Positions 35,261 to 44,765 of a DNA stretch of 64,000 nt are shown one piece after another. The notes under the pieces were generated by a model, which was not told the origin of the DNA, did no database searches, and was given only the letters and a program-made list of their open reading frames with translations. Position numbers and translations under genes: made by a program. Numbering within the stretch: the stretch's first letter is position 1; every line of letters starts with the position of its first letter. Source of the stretch: a virus (Duplodnaviria > Caudoviricetes); the IMG/VR virus record IMGVR_UViG_3300013121_000032, positions 32,001 through 96,000 of that record; one strand, written 5' to 3'.

Positions 35261-38200
35261 TTGGAGAAGCATATGTATTCAATTACTGATGCTAGTTTTT
35301 TGTCTGAAGAATTCTTAAATCAATATCAAGGTAAAAGACCACTACATGCTGGAGTACTATTTGATGTAGTGTATCTTAGAACTTACTCTAGATGGAGGGA
35401 TGATATTCAAAGAAGGGAAACTTGGTTAGAAACAGTACAGCGGGTAGTTGAATATTCATTTAGTCTCTATACAGGGCATTATAGTAGTGATGCTTTAATT
35501 ATTGAAGCTCAAAATTTATTTGATGATATCTTTAATCTAAGAGTTTTGCCAGCAGGAAGAACTCTTTGGATTGGTGGAACTCCATCATCATATAAATTTG
35601 GTGAAAGTAATTTTAATTGCTCATTCGCAGTAATTAATTCCATTGAATCTTTTACAGATCTATTTCATTTACTATTGTGTGGTTGTGGTGTTGGTTTTAG
35701 AATTTTGGAATCTGATATTAAAACTCTTCCAAAGTTTGGTAAGGTTTCTATCAAGCATAAAGATTATTTTCCTGTTCATGAGAAGCTTAGATTTGATAGA
35801 ACAACAATTGATTATGAAGATAACCAACATATCATTGAAATTGGAGATTCAAGAGAAGGTTGGGTAGATGCTTTAAGATGTTTTTTAAATATTAGTGCCT
35901 CTAATGCAGAAGCAAAAATAGTTTTAAACTATAACAGAATTCGCCCTGAAGGATCAAGGATCAAAACATTTGGTGGAAAGGCTCCTGGTCCAAATGGGCT
36001 TAGAGAAATGTTTTCTAATATTGGAGAAATTATTAATTCATCTACTGGAACTTTAACTCCAGTAAATGTAATGGATATTTGTAACTTCATTGGCAAGAAT
36101 GTAATTATTGGAGGTACTAGGAGATCTTCTCAGATTGCATTAGGCTCTCCTGATGATAGTGAATTTCTAAATGCTAAATTAGATCTTTGGAAAACAAAAA
36201 CTAATCTCCAAAGAACAATGTCAAATAACTCAGTTGTTTTTACTAGTAAGCCAAATAAAGAAATAATTGAAACAATTTTTAAAAATATTAAAAATAATGG
36301 AGAGCCAGGCTTTTTTAATTTAGGGGCAGCTAGAAAAAGAAGACCTAATGTACATGGTCTAAATCCTTGCAAACCATTAAAATCATTAATTTTAACAGAC
36401 CAAGGATATATAACTTTTGAACAAGCATTAAAAATGGAATCTTTGAAAGTAGTTTTAAAAGATGGTTCTATAGTTAATGCATCAAAACCATTTAAAACAG
36501 GGACAAATAGACCTGTTCATAGATTTTTACTTTCTAATGGAGCATATATTTATGCTACAGGAAATCATCTCCATAGAGCTGCTAATGGAGAATGGTTGGA
36601 AGCAGATAAATTCTATCCAGGATTAGAATTAGATTATGGTATTCCTAAAGTTTTAGCATATGGACCTATTACAAATGAAGAGGATTATAAACAAGGAATT
36701 CTTTCTGGATGGATTCATGGAGATGGAAGCCTTTCAGAAAGAAAAGATACTAAAGGATATACTACTCAACTTTGTTTTGGCTATCATGAATTAGATGTAA
36801 CTAATATATTTGAGAATATGTTTAATAAGTCATCGGTTCCCCATTTCCAAAACCCTGATACTTGTAAAGTTATAACCTCTCATAAAGTAGACATAATTAA
36901 AAAGCTAATAGATAAAGGAATGTCTCTTAATAAAGAAGATCTTTCTTGGTTGTATCTACAAAGTAGAGATTTTAAATTAGGTTTTATTAAGGCACTTTTT
37001 ACAGCAGATGGATTAGTTAGAAAAAATGGATTAGTAGAGCTTTACTCATCAAGAAGAATGGCTTTAGATGTTGTTGCTAATATCTTAAGAGAATTCGGAG
37101 TTTATTGTAATATTACAACCCATAATAAGGCAAAAACATATATTGCTAAAGATGGAAAAATTAGAAACAATAGTACCTCCTTCAAGATTACTATATATGG
37201 TGGACAGTTTAAACAAATCGGTTTTATATCTGAATTAAAACAAGAGCTTTTAAATAGGCATGAATTTAAAGCTCCATATAGGCCATATAAACTAAAGATT
37301 AAAGAGATAGATTGGAATTATTCTATAGAGGATGTTTATGATATTACAGTTGATCATCCTGATCATTATTTTATAGATGCATCATCTATAGCACATAATT
37401 GCGCAGAGATACTTTTAGACTCTCAGGGATTCTGTAATTTATGTACTATTAATTTACATTCCTTTGTTAAAGGAACCTCTGATTTTAAACGAAAAAAATT
37501 AGCTGGAGCTATTAAAAGAGCAGTTAGGCTTGGATTAAGAGCTACTAATATTACTGTTTCCCTTCCTGAATGGGATAAGAAACAAAAACGGGATAGGCTT
37601 TTAGGTGTTTCGTTAACTGGTGTAATGGATGCTTTTGATCATCTAGGATGGTCATATAATTCCTCAGAAGCTATCCAATTACTATGCTGGATGAGGGATA
37701 TTGCTAATAAAGAAGCAAATAGGTATGCACATGAAATGCGTGTTCCGTGTCCTTTATTAGTAACTTGTGTGAAACCTGAAGGATGTTGGACAAAGGAGTA
37801 TACAAGAACCTTTGATCAAGGAATCCTATTCTTAGATGAAATTTATAATGATATTGAGAAGCACGATGGTTTTCATAATCTTCATGTTAGAAAATTAGCT
37901 ACTAGATATTCATCAAATGGTTATGGTGTTACCAAGACTTATACTAATCATATTAAACCAATTAAAAAAATAACATTAAGGAATGGAAGAGTTCTTAAAA
38001 TTACAGAAGAACATCCAATGTTTATTAGAAATATTAAAAATATAAATGGCTTTGGGTCTTGGGTTAAAGCCAAAGATTTAAAGCCTGGTATGGAAATAGA
38101 TAGTAGTCTTGGAAGCTATACCCGTATAATTGAAGATAGATTATTAAATAGTTCTTTAGATGGACTTAGGGCTGATACAAAAGACTATCCAACACCTAAG

Positions 38201-39469
38201 GCACTTTCCCCAAATTTAGCATGGCTTATTGGCTTATATTGGGGAGATGGATGCTTCACCTCAAATAATAGAATTAAATTAATTGGGGCAGAATTAGATA
38301 TTCATCTAAAAGCTCAAAAGATTTGGAAAGAGCTATTTAATGTGGAGACTACTATTAAACAATGTACAGATAGGAAGGGTTGGACTCAAGATTTTCAATC
38401 AGCTAAATTAAGGAGATGGTTCTTTGAAAATGGTTTAGATAAAGAAAGTCATACTGACTTAACAAAATTGCCAGAAAGAGTAAGAAGAAGTAGTAAAGAA
38501 TCCATTATTGCTTTTATTGCAGGTTTATCAGATGCAGATGGCTGTTTTGCAAATAAAAGTTTTTGCATAGATAATAAAAGTGAATTTTTTATGAGACACC
38601 TACAAGAAGTAGGTGAAGCTGTGGGATTGTGTTTTGGATTATCTATTAATAAACAAAGATTAAATTCACATAGTAAAAAGCCTATATATAAATTACATCT
38701 TTCTAGGACTGGATCTATTAAAGAATCTATGGATTTAATCAATAAACATTCCATTAAAGGTAATTCTAAACCTATAGAATTTTCTCAAAACTCTAATAAA
38801 ACATTCTACCCTTACTCTATTAAGAGTATAGAAGAGGGAGAACAAGAACAGACTTTTGATATAGAGGTTTCTGGTGTCCATTGGTACTATCAGGGTGGAT
38901 TGAAAAGTCATAATACTTTATCTCAGCTTCCTACAGTAAGTAGTGGATTACATAGGGCATATGCTCCTTATTATATAAGACGAATTAGAATCTCTGCTAT
39001 GGACCCTGTAGCTAAAGCCCTTCAAAAGCTTGGATTATCATTTGAGTATGACCATGGAAAAAAAGAACGGTTGGTTTTTTCATTCCCTATTAAGACTGAT
39101 GCTAAATTAGCAGCAAACAATGAGTCTGCTATAGACCAATTTAATAGATATCTAACCTTCCAAAAGTTTTATACAGATCATAACTCTTCATGTACTTTAA
39201 CTATTGGTGAAAACGAATGGGAAAGTATTGTTAATTCTGTTTATTCTAATTGGAATGATGTTATTGCTTGTGCATTCCTACCTAAATATACAGATGCCTA
39301 TCCTCAAATGCCTTATGAAGAAATCTCTAAAGAGAAATATGAGGAAATGGTAGAAAAATTTCCTAATTTAAAGAATCTTGAAGATTTGGTTAATGAAATT
39401 GAAATTCAAGAGTATGAAGATGTAGAATTAGATTCTGACTGTTCTTCTGGTGTATGCCCTATTAGATGA
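35261..39469 (+). CDS. nrdJ: class II (adenosylcobalamin-dependent, monomeric type) ribonucleotide reductase with two inteins
   Basis: VYLRTYSR, PAGRTLW, NFNC, GCGVGF, GGTRRSS, SNNS, GEPG, NP|CAEI, FCNL, KPEG|TLSQL, TDHNSS, C-terminal CSSGVCP; spliced length about 680 aa. Confidence 0.95.
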   Translation: MEKHMYSITDASFLSEEFLNQYQGKRPLHAGVLFDVVYLRTYSRWRDDIQRRETWLETVQRVVEYSFSLYTGHYSSDALIIEAQNLFDDIFNLRVLPAGRTLWIGGTPSSYKFGESNFNCSFAVINSIESFTDLFHLLLCGCGVGFRILESDIKTLPKFGKVSIKHKDYFPVHEKLRFDRTTIDYEDNQHIIEIGDSREGWVDALRCFLNISASNAEAKIVLNYNRIRPEGSRIKTFGGKAPGPNGLREMFSNIGEIINSSTGTLTPVNVMDICNFIGKNVIIGGTRRSSQIALGSPDDSEFLNAKLDLWKTKTNLQRTMSNNSVVFTSKPNKEIIETIFKNIKNNGEPGFFNLGAARKRRPNVHGLNPCKPLKSLILTDQGYITFEQALKMESLKVVLKDGSIVNASKPFKTGTNRPVHRFLLSNGAYIYATGNHLHRAANGEWLEADKFYPGLELDYGIPKVLAYGPITNEEDYKQGILSGWIHGDGSLSERKDTKGYTTQLCFGYHELDVTNIFENMFNKSSVPHFQNPDTCKVITSHKVDIIKKLIDKGMSLNKEDLSWLYLQSRDFKLGFIKALFTADGLVRKNGLVELYSSRRMALDVVANILREFGVYCNITTHNKAKTYIAKDGKIRNNSTSFKITIYGGQFKQIGFISELKQELLNRHEFKAPYRPYKLKIKEIDWNYSIEDVYDITVDHPDHYFIDASSIAHNCAEILLDSQGFCNLCTINLHSFVKGTSDFKRKKLAGAIKRAVRLGLRATNITVSLPEWDKKQKRDRLLGVSLTGVMDAFDHLGWSYNSSEAIQLLCWMRDIANKEANRYAHEMRVPCPLLVTCVKPEGCWTKEYTRTFDQGILFLDEIYNDIEKHDGFHNLHVRKLATRYSSNGYGVTKTYTNHIKPIKKITLRNGRVLKITEEHPMFIRNIKNINGFGSWVKAKDLKPGMEIDSSLGSYTRIIEDRLLNSSLDGLRADTKDYPTPKALSPNLAWLIGLYWGDGCFTSNNRIKLIGAELDIHLKAQKIWKELFNVETTIKQCTDRKGWTQDFQSAKLRRWFFENGLDKESHTDLTKLPERVRRSSKESIIAFIAGLSDADGCFANKSFCIDNKSEFFMRHLQEVGEAVGLCFGLSINKQRLNSHSKKPIYKLHLSRTGSIKESMDLINKHSIKGNSKPIEFSQNSNKTFYPYSIKSIEEGEQEQTFDIEVSGVHWYYQGGLKSHNTLSQLPTVSSGLHRAYAPYYIRRIRISAMDPVAKALQKLGLSFEYDHGKKERLVFSFPIKTDAKLAANNESAIDQFNRYLTFQKFYTDHNSSCTLTIGENEWESIVNSVYSNWNDVIACAFLPKYTDAYPQMPYEEISKEKYEEMVEKFPNLKNLEDLVNEIEIQEYEDVELDSDCSSGVCPIR
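36368..37399 (+). mobile_element. LAGLIDADG intein 1 in NrdJ (344 aa), at the catalytic NP/CAE cysteine
   Basis: Starts CKPLKS, ends IAHN before Cys+1; TGNH; GWIHGDG and KALFTADG. Confidence 0.95.
37784..38914 (+). mobile_element. LAGLIDADG intein 2 in NrdJ (377 aa), at KPEG/T
   Basis: Starts CWTKEY, ends KSHN before Thr+1; TEEHP; GLYWGDG and AGLSDADG. Confidence 0.95.
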
Positions 39470-39801
39470 GTAAATTAAAGAACATTTTGAGAAATCGCTT
39501 GGACAAATTAAGATATAGAGTTAATATACTTACTTGTGATGATTTTTTGATACTTAGACCTATGTACTCTTATGGAGCATGTTGTTTAAAATGCCATGCT
39601 GTTGATGAGGTATATCCATTTAGTCCTCAAGAAATACATTATCCTGGAAAAAGAAATCTAGCATTTAAATTATGTTTCTGTTTTGCAGACTGTCTCCGTA
39701 AACAAAAAAAATATACATTGACAAGAGATACATGGGCAACTATACTTAGAGGTGCTAGAAAGCATCAACAAAAGCTTAAAAGACAATGGCAAGGAGTTTA
39801 A
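39466..39801 (+). CDS. Cys-rich hypothetical protein
   Basis: CCLKC...CFC..C. Confidence 0.55.
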   Translation: MSKLKNILRNRLDKLRYRVNILTCDDFLILRPMYSYGACCLKCHAVDEVYPFSPQEIHYPGKRNLAFKLCFCFADCLRKQKKYTLTRDTWATILRGARKHQQKLKRQWQGV

Positions 39802-40898
39802 AAATGGTTAATGAACCAAATACTACTGTTCAAGAAACTACTACAGATAATTCAGTAGTTATTGATTCTTCAGAAAAGAAAAAGAAAAATTTGGAAATGA
39901 CCTGGTATAAGATTAAGAATCTTAATGAGACATATTATACTCCTTTCTCTAGCACTGTTAAAACTCATTTTAAAGTGATTGGTGATGGAATTAATCCTCC
40001 AACACCTAAAGAATTGGCAGAATATTTTAACACTCCTGGTAATCTTGGAGCTTATAATAAGGATTACGGACTTGTTATTGAAAATAAAAAAATGGAACCA
40101 GTTAATCCTCCGATTAAGCTTCCAGCAGGATGCTATACCTATGCAAAGAATTGTTTGTTCCCTCTGAAACTTAGGTCAGATGCAGTATTAGAATTGTCAT
40201 CTTCATATAGTCTTTTGAAGAAAGATATAGAAGATTTTCTTGAGAATGAGGATGTATACTCTAATAATAAGCTTATACATAAGCTTGGCATTCTTTTGTA
40301 TGGACATCCTGGTAATGGAAAAACTTCTAGTATCAGGGCAGTACTTAGAAATATAAAAGATGAATTAGAGCCTGTTGCTATTTTTGTAGGATCTCAATTT
40401 CCAACAGATGCCTTCATTAGAAAGATTAATTCCTCTCTTAAAAATCGTCTTAAATTCTTCATCTTTGAAGAATTAACAGAAGCCTTAAGAGAAAGTCAAG
40501 GATTCATCGGACAAATGCTTGATTTTTTAGATGGTGAAAGAAGCCCATCAAAATGTATTGTTCTTGCAACAACTAACTTTCCTCATGTATTGCCAAAATC
40601 TATTGTAGATAGACCAAGTAGATTTGATAAACTCTATGAGTTTAAAGAGCCTGATGATGAAGAAAGAAAAGTAATCTTGAATTATTTTCTTCATAAAGAT
40701 ATCACTCAAGCAGAAATTAGTCTAACTAAAGGTTTAAGCATTGCTGCATTAAAAGAAGCTTGTTTGTCTGTAACAGTTGGAAAGCATACATTAGAAGAAG
40801 CTGTTAAAGCTCTTAAACATAGAACTGAGCTTTGTGAACGTGTGTTCCAAAAAGCTAAGGAATCTCATGTTGGTTTTGGATTAACTGGTAAGTCTTGA
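39786..40898 (+). CDS. AAA+ ATPase (classical clade)
   Basis: GILLYGHPGNGKT, FIFEE, LATTN, DRPSRFD second region of homology. Confidence 0.9.
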   Translation: MARSLKMVNEPNTTVQETTTDNSVVIDSSEKKKKNLEMTWYKIKNLNETYYTPFSSTVKTHFKVIGDGINPPTPKELAEYFNTPGNLGAYNKDYGLVIENKKMEPVNPPIKLPAGCYTYAKNCLFPLKLRSDAVLELSSSYSLLKKDIEDFLENEDVYSNNKLIHKLGILLYGHPGNGKTSSIRAVLRNIKDELEPVAIFVGSQFPTDAFIRKINSSLKNRLKFFIFEELTEALRESQGFIGQMLDFLDGERSPSKCIVLATTNFPHVLPKSIVDRPSRFDKLYEFKEPDDEERKVILNYFLHKDITQAEISLTKGLSIAALKEACLSVTVGKHTLEEAVKALKHRTELCERVFQKAKESHVGFGLTGKS

Positions 40899-40924
40899 CA
40901 AAACTAAATTAGCTAGTCTATAAT
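40895..40924 (+). promoter_or_regulatory. consensus sigma70 promoter TTGACA-N18-TATAAT
   Basis: Both hexamers are perfect. Confidence 0.75.
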
Positions 40925-40953
40925 ATAAATTGGTGTTGGTAGGGAGAAAATAA

Positions 40954-41283
40954 ATGAATAAGACACTTAAGGGAGTAGCTATTGGTATAGCAATTTCTGT
41001 GATTACTTTTGGTACTGGACTTTGTGCTAAAAATATGACAGACTTTCCTCCATTGGAAGCATTTAATGATACTGAAACTTCTGATACAGGAATGGCAAAA
41101 CTTAATAATATGGTAGTTCATATGAATGAACTTGAAAGAAAGATTGATGGACATACAGCAGCTATTAATAAGCTTTTCTCAGCAGTCAATAGTGTTGGTT
41201 CTGGACTTGTAGAAACATCTGATAAATTGGACGCTCTGATTCAAGTTCTTGCTTCTAATGCTGAAAAAGAAGGTAATAAATAA
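40954..41283 (+). CDS. exported/membrane coiled-coil protein
   Basis: Signal-peptide-like N-terminus; GGGAG RBS. Confidence 0.7.
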   Translation: MNKTLKGVAIGIAISVITFGTGLCAKNMTDFPPLEAFNDTETSDTGMAKLNNMVVHMNELERKIDGHTAAINKLFSAVNSVGSGLVETSDKLDALIQVLASNAEKEGNK

Positions 41284-42044
41284 TGGTAATTGATAGTAAA
41301 TTTAGACCAAGACCTCCATTTATTAACCCCCCTAAGCCACCGGAAAATCCTCCTGTAGCTGAAAAGAAACCAGTAAATTCAAAAACTAGTAAAGAATATT
41401 TGAATTTTCTAGCCTTGGTTCTAGATGAGTCTGGTTCAATGAAACGTGTACAAGACCAAATGATTTCTGGTTTTAATGAATACATTGATGAGAGAAGGAA
41501 AGAGGTTGAAGAAGGAAATAGAATTAATTTCTGGTTTACTAAATTTAGTACAAATGTACGAATTGTCCATGAAGGTTTGAACCCCAAAGAAATTCCTGAT
41601 CTTGATTTGGAGCATTACAAACCATTAGGTAATACATCTCTATATGATGCAGTAGGCCATACTATTTTGTCTATGGATAAGGCTCTTAAAGAAGCATCTC
41701 ATGCATGTGATAAATGCAAAGCTCCAGTTAAACCTAGAGTATTTGTAGTTATCATGACAGACGGTGAAGAAAATTCTTCCTCTGATTTTACCTGTAATCA
41801 AATTAAACAAATGATTTCAGAAAGAGAAGCAGAAGGAAATTGGACATTCTTATATATTGGAGCAAATCAGGATGTCTGGAGAGCTTCACGAGCTATGGGT
41901 ATAGGTGGATCTAATGCTATATCATATGCAGCTGCTGCACCTAAGGGAGCTATGAGTGCTTTAAATAGAGTGCAAGCTAATATGATTCAAAGTGAGAGCT
42001 TACAATCATTAGACACCTTTAAAGGAAAGGAGAAATTGAACTAA
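41283..42044 (+). CDS. von Willebrand factor A domain protein
   Basis: VLDESGSM MIDAS, G.TSLYDAVG, IMTDGEENSS, FLYIGANQD. Confidence 0.92.
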   Translation: MVIDSKFRPRPPFINPPKPPENPPVAEKKPVNSKTSKEYLNFLALVLDESGSMKRVQDQMISGFNEYIDERRKEVEEGNRINFWFTKFSTNVRIVHEGLNPKEIPDLDLEHYKPLGNTSLYDAVGHTILSMDKALKEASHACDKCKAPVKPRVFVVIMTDGEENSSSDFTCNQIKQMISEREAEGNWTFLYIGANQDVWRASRAMGIGGSNAISYAAAAPKGAMSALNRVQANMIQSESLQSLDTFKGKEKLN

Positions 42045-42047
42045 GTT

Positions 42048-42131
42048 TTTGCAGCTAGAATAACCCCTCCGATCAAAAGCGCTGCAAACTACATCCCTTC
42101 CGGCAGAGAAATCTTACGGAGGGGATTGTAG
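42048..42131 (+). ncRNA. structured intergenic RNA with two alternative folds
   Basis: TTTGCAGC/GCTGCAAA stem, then 14-bp CTACATCCCTTCCG/CGGAGGGGATTGTAG stem capped by AGA-GAAA-TCT; competing CCCCTCCG in the first loop. Confidence 0.5.
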
Positions 42132-42143
42132 TAAAATTAAATT

Positions 42144-42383
42144 GTGGCAAAAGGCATTACACCCATATCTAAACGTCCCTGGAACACTTGGGATGATGTA
42201 TTAATTAATGGTCAGTTCTTAAAAAGAATCCGAGTAAAAGCTACTAAGGAATTCTGTGATTCATGCTTACAACAAAAAGGATCTACACATAAATGGGGAT
42301 GTCCAGAGGAATTAAGCCCTTGCAAGAAGTGCAAGTTTATGATAGACTGCCTCTGTCCAATCAGAGAGGGAGAGGAAGTTTGA
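42144..42383 (+). CDS. Cys-rich Zn-binding protein
   Basis: CDSC......H.WGC..E..PC..C....C.C. Confidence 0.65.
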   Translation: MAKGITPISKRPWNTWDDVLINGQFLKRIRVKATKEFCDSCLQQKGSTHKWGCPEELSPCKKCKFMIDCLCPIREGEEV

Positions 42384-42826
42384 ATACATTATCAGATCAA
42401 GACACACAGAAATTCTTCCCATATGATTTTAGCTGGAAGGAATTTGATAAGCATTGGAAAGAATTAGTAAAAGATCCAGTTAGAAGTAAACAATTAACTG
42501 TAACCCACCATATGCTCGCTCAAATGATTAGGGGAAGAGATTGGAGAAAAGGATTAACACCCCCATCAAGTCGTTCTAAAATAGCTAATGGTTATATTTG
42601 GAAGCCTATTCTTGGTCTTGCAGAAATACGGGCCAGTGCTATTTCAATCACTGAGAAAAATCCTAATATTGAATTCATGATTAAAGTATTAGGCCCATTT
42701 GAAGAAGTACTACATCCTCATGCTCTACAGGAATTAGCAGCTTATTTGCCATTTATGGCAGATATAGAAGCTCTACAAAATAAATGTTATGCCTATATTA
42801 AAGTGGATGAATACGATGATGATTAA
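42293..42826 (+). CDS. hypothetical protein (true start probably near 42380)
   Basis: HHMLAQMIRGRD; GAGG RBS before TTG. Confidence 0.6.
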   Translation: MGMSRGIKPLQEVQVYDRLPLSNQRGRGSLNTLSDQDTQKFFPYDFSWKEFDKHWKELVKDPVRSKQLTVTHHMLAQMIRGRDWRKGLTPPSSRSKIANGYIWKPILGLAEIRASAISITEKNPNIEFMIKVLGPFEEVLHPHALQELAAYLPFMADIEALQNKCYAYIKVDEYDDD

Positions 42827-43223
42827 ATTTACTGAAGAAGCAAATGTTAAATATGTATATATCATTGTTAGAAATGATTTACCTACTTTAACAGATCAGG
42901 CATATCATGCTATTAAAGTAGGTATGATGGCTGCTAGGGCTTATAAGGATATTGATAATAACACTCCTGTAGTTTTCTTGGAATTTACTGAGAAGGAAAT
43001 GTGGAACAAAGCTCTATTTACATTAAAGGAATTAAATATTGACTACCAAATGATTTTTGATCGCGGAGTTGCTAAGAAAAGCCATGGCTTTGGATATACT
43101 TGTATTGCTACTGAACCTGTAGCATGGATTAAAGATTTTGAACAATATAGGTATTGGAACAGTGGCGAACACAAAAAAGAAACAGCAGCAAAAGAAAAAA
43201 GTACAACAAAAGCAGCAAGCTAA
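42789..43223 (+). CDS. Pth2-like peptidyl-tRNA hydrolase fold protein
   Basis: YVYIIVRNDL, QAYHA, VVFL, TCIATEP. Confidence 0.65.
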   Translation: MPILKWMNTMMIKFTEEANVKYVYIIVRNDLPTLTDQAYHAIKVGMMAARAYKDIDNNTPVVFLEFTEKEMWNKALFTLKELNIDYQMIFDRGVAKKSHGFGYTCIATEPVAWIKDFEQYRYWNSGEHKKETAAKEKSTTKAAS

Positions 43224-43266
43224 AGTTGATAAGTATGTTGATCAAAAGAAAAGGAAAGTAAAATGA
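43162..43266 (+). CDS. small Lys/Gln-rich peptide (34 aa, not in ORF track)
   Basis: GTG start, MANTKKKQQQKKKVQQKQQAKVDKYVDQKKRKVK; stop is ATGA-coupled to the next ORF. Confidence 0.5.
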   Translation: MANTKKKQQQKKKVQQKQQAKVDKYVDQKKRKVK

Positions 43267-43439
43267 AAGAGCAATTGATTGCATTAGGTACATTAATGAT
43301 GCTTCATTCTACTACTGGTAAAGTTGAGGCTATGCCTTCTTTAAAAGAAGTTGGTCAAGGCTTGGTTAAAGTAGTAAAAAAGGTAGTATCTGTACCTGGT
43401 AAGCTTGTTAAAAAAGTATTACCAAAGAATAATAAGTAG
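43263..43439 (+). CDS. small exported cationic amphipathic peptide (58 aa, not in ORF track)
   Basis: AAGGA RBS; MKEQLIALGTLMMLHSTTGKVEA|MPSLKEVGQGLVKVVKKVVSVPGKLVKKVLPKNNK. Confidence 0.65.
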   Translation: MKEQLIALGTLMMLHSTTGKVEAMPSLKEVGQGLVKVVKKVVSVPGKLVKKVLPKNNK

Positions 43440-43472
43440 AGTCCGGGCTTCAAAACCAGAAGGAGATAGACC

Positions 43473-44246
43473 ATGATTAGCTTTATATTATGGTCTATCT
43501 TTTTGTATTTATTTCATGGTATTGGAATTACGCTTGGATATCATAGAAGACTTGCCCATAAATCATTTAAAATGGCTAAATGGGTAGAGTATATATTTGT
43601 TATAGGTGGATATTTGGCAATGATGGGAGCACCTATAAGCTGGGTAGCAATCCATAGAAGACATCATCAGGTTACAGATATAGAGGGAAAAGATCCCCAT
43701 ACTCCAAGAGATGGGTTTTTTCATTCTTTAGTTGCATGGATGTTCTATGTAGATAAATATCAAACAACTCCTCAAGCACGTCTTTTAGTTCCTGATTTAA
43801 TGAAGGATAAGTTTTATAGACTATTAGGAGATACAGCATTACCTTCTAAACGATGGCTTAATTTTGGAAGCTGCATTTTATTTAGATACTTAATATTGAT
43901 TTTGTTTGGTAAGGAAGCTTTTTATGCTAGTCTTATAACATGGTGGGTTGTATTTTGGAGTCCTCAATTAGTAAACTCTCTTTGCCATATACCAGCCCTT
44001 GGATATAGGAATTTTTCTACAGATGATGATAGTACTAATGTTCCTTGGTTATTTGCTTTTGGAGAGAATTGGCATAATACTCATCACTATATTCCAAAAT
44101 CAGCAAGACATGGTATTTTTGCTAATGAGTTTGATATTACTTGGGAAACAATTAAGCTTTTAGAAAAGCTAGGCTTGGTGTGGGAGATTAAAGATGGGAC
44201 AAGTTCTCGTAGATTGGCAAATAGAGAAGGAAATAGTTCAAGGTAA
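43473..44246 (+). CDS. membrane delta-9-type fatty acid (acyl-CoA/acyl-lipid) desaturase
   Basis: GITLGYHRRLAHKSF, W...HRRHH, DPHTP, GENWHNTHH histidine boxes. Confidence 0.95.
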   Translation: MISFILWSIFLYLFHGIGITLGYHRRLAHKSFKMAKWVEYIFVIGGYLAMMGAPISWVAIHRRHHQVTDIEGKDPHTPRDGFFHSLVAWMFYVDKYQTTPQARLLVPDLMKDKFYRLLGDTALPSKRWLNFGSCILFRYLILILFGKEAFYASLITWWVVFWSPQLVNSLCHIPALGYRNFSTDDDSTNVPWLFAFGENWHNTHHYIPKSARHGIFANEFDITWETIKLLEKLGLVWEIKDGTSSRRLANREGNSSR

Positions 44247-44763
44247 TATAAAAGTTTCTCCATTTGATTCCAAATTAATTAATCCTAATTCTTTAGATGT
44301 AAGATTAGGTGGAAAATTTGGAATTGTTCTAGCTTATGGGGATGATTTTGGTAAACCTAATCCAAAATCCATTGGTAAATATGTTAATCCTTTAGATAGT
44401 ACATCCTTTAAGACGGTTTATATGGAAGAAGATACTTATCTATTAAGACCAGGTGAGTTTATTTTAGCCCATCTTCTAGAAGATATTACTCTTCCTGATA
44501 ATATTTGTGGCAAAATTATGGGTAAGTCTAGTCTTGGAAGATTAGGACTTTCTAATTCTCATGTGGCTGGTTGGGTAGATGCAGGCTGGTCTGGAGTTTT
44601 AACATTGGAGCTTTTTAATCAATCCTCCAATAAAATTCTTCTATCTAAAGGAATGAAAATCGGGCAGATGGTATTTTATTTGACAGAAAGGGCAGCTAGA
44701 CCTTATAATCAAACAGGTAGGTATAGCAATCAAGTACCAGCTACCGGTTCATTAGGAGTTTAA
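44194..44763 (+). CDS. dcd: dCTP deaminase
   Basis: NPNSLDVRLG, PGEFIL, GKSSLGRLGL, AGWVDAGWSG.LTLELFN, IGQMVF. Confidence 0.93.
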   Translation: MGQVLVDWQIEKEIVQGNIKVSPFDSKLINPNSLDVRLGGKFGIVLAYGDDFGKPNPKSIGKYVNPLDSTSFKTVYMEEDTYLLRPGEFILAHLLEDITLPDNICGKIMGKSSLGRLGLSNSHVAGWVDAGWSGVLTLELFNQSSNKILLSKGMKIGQMVFYLTERAARPYNQTGRYSNQVPATGSLGV

Positions 44764-44765
44764 TC

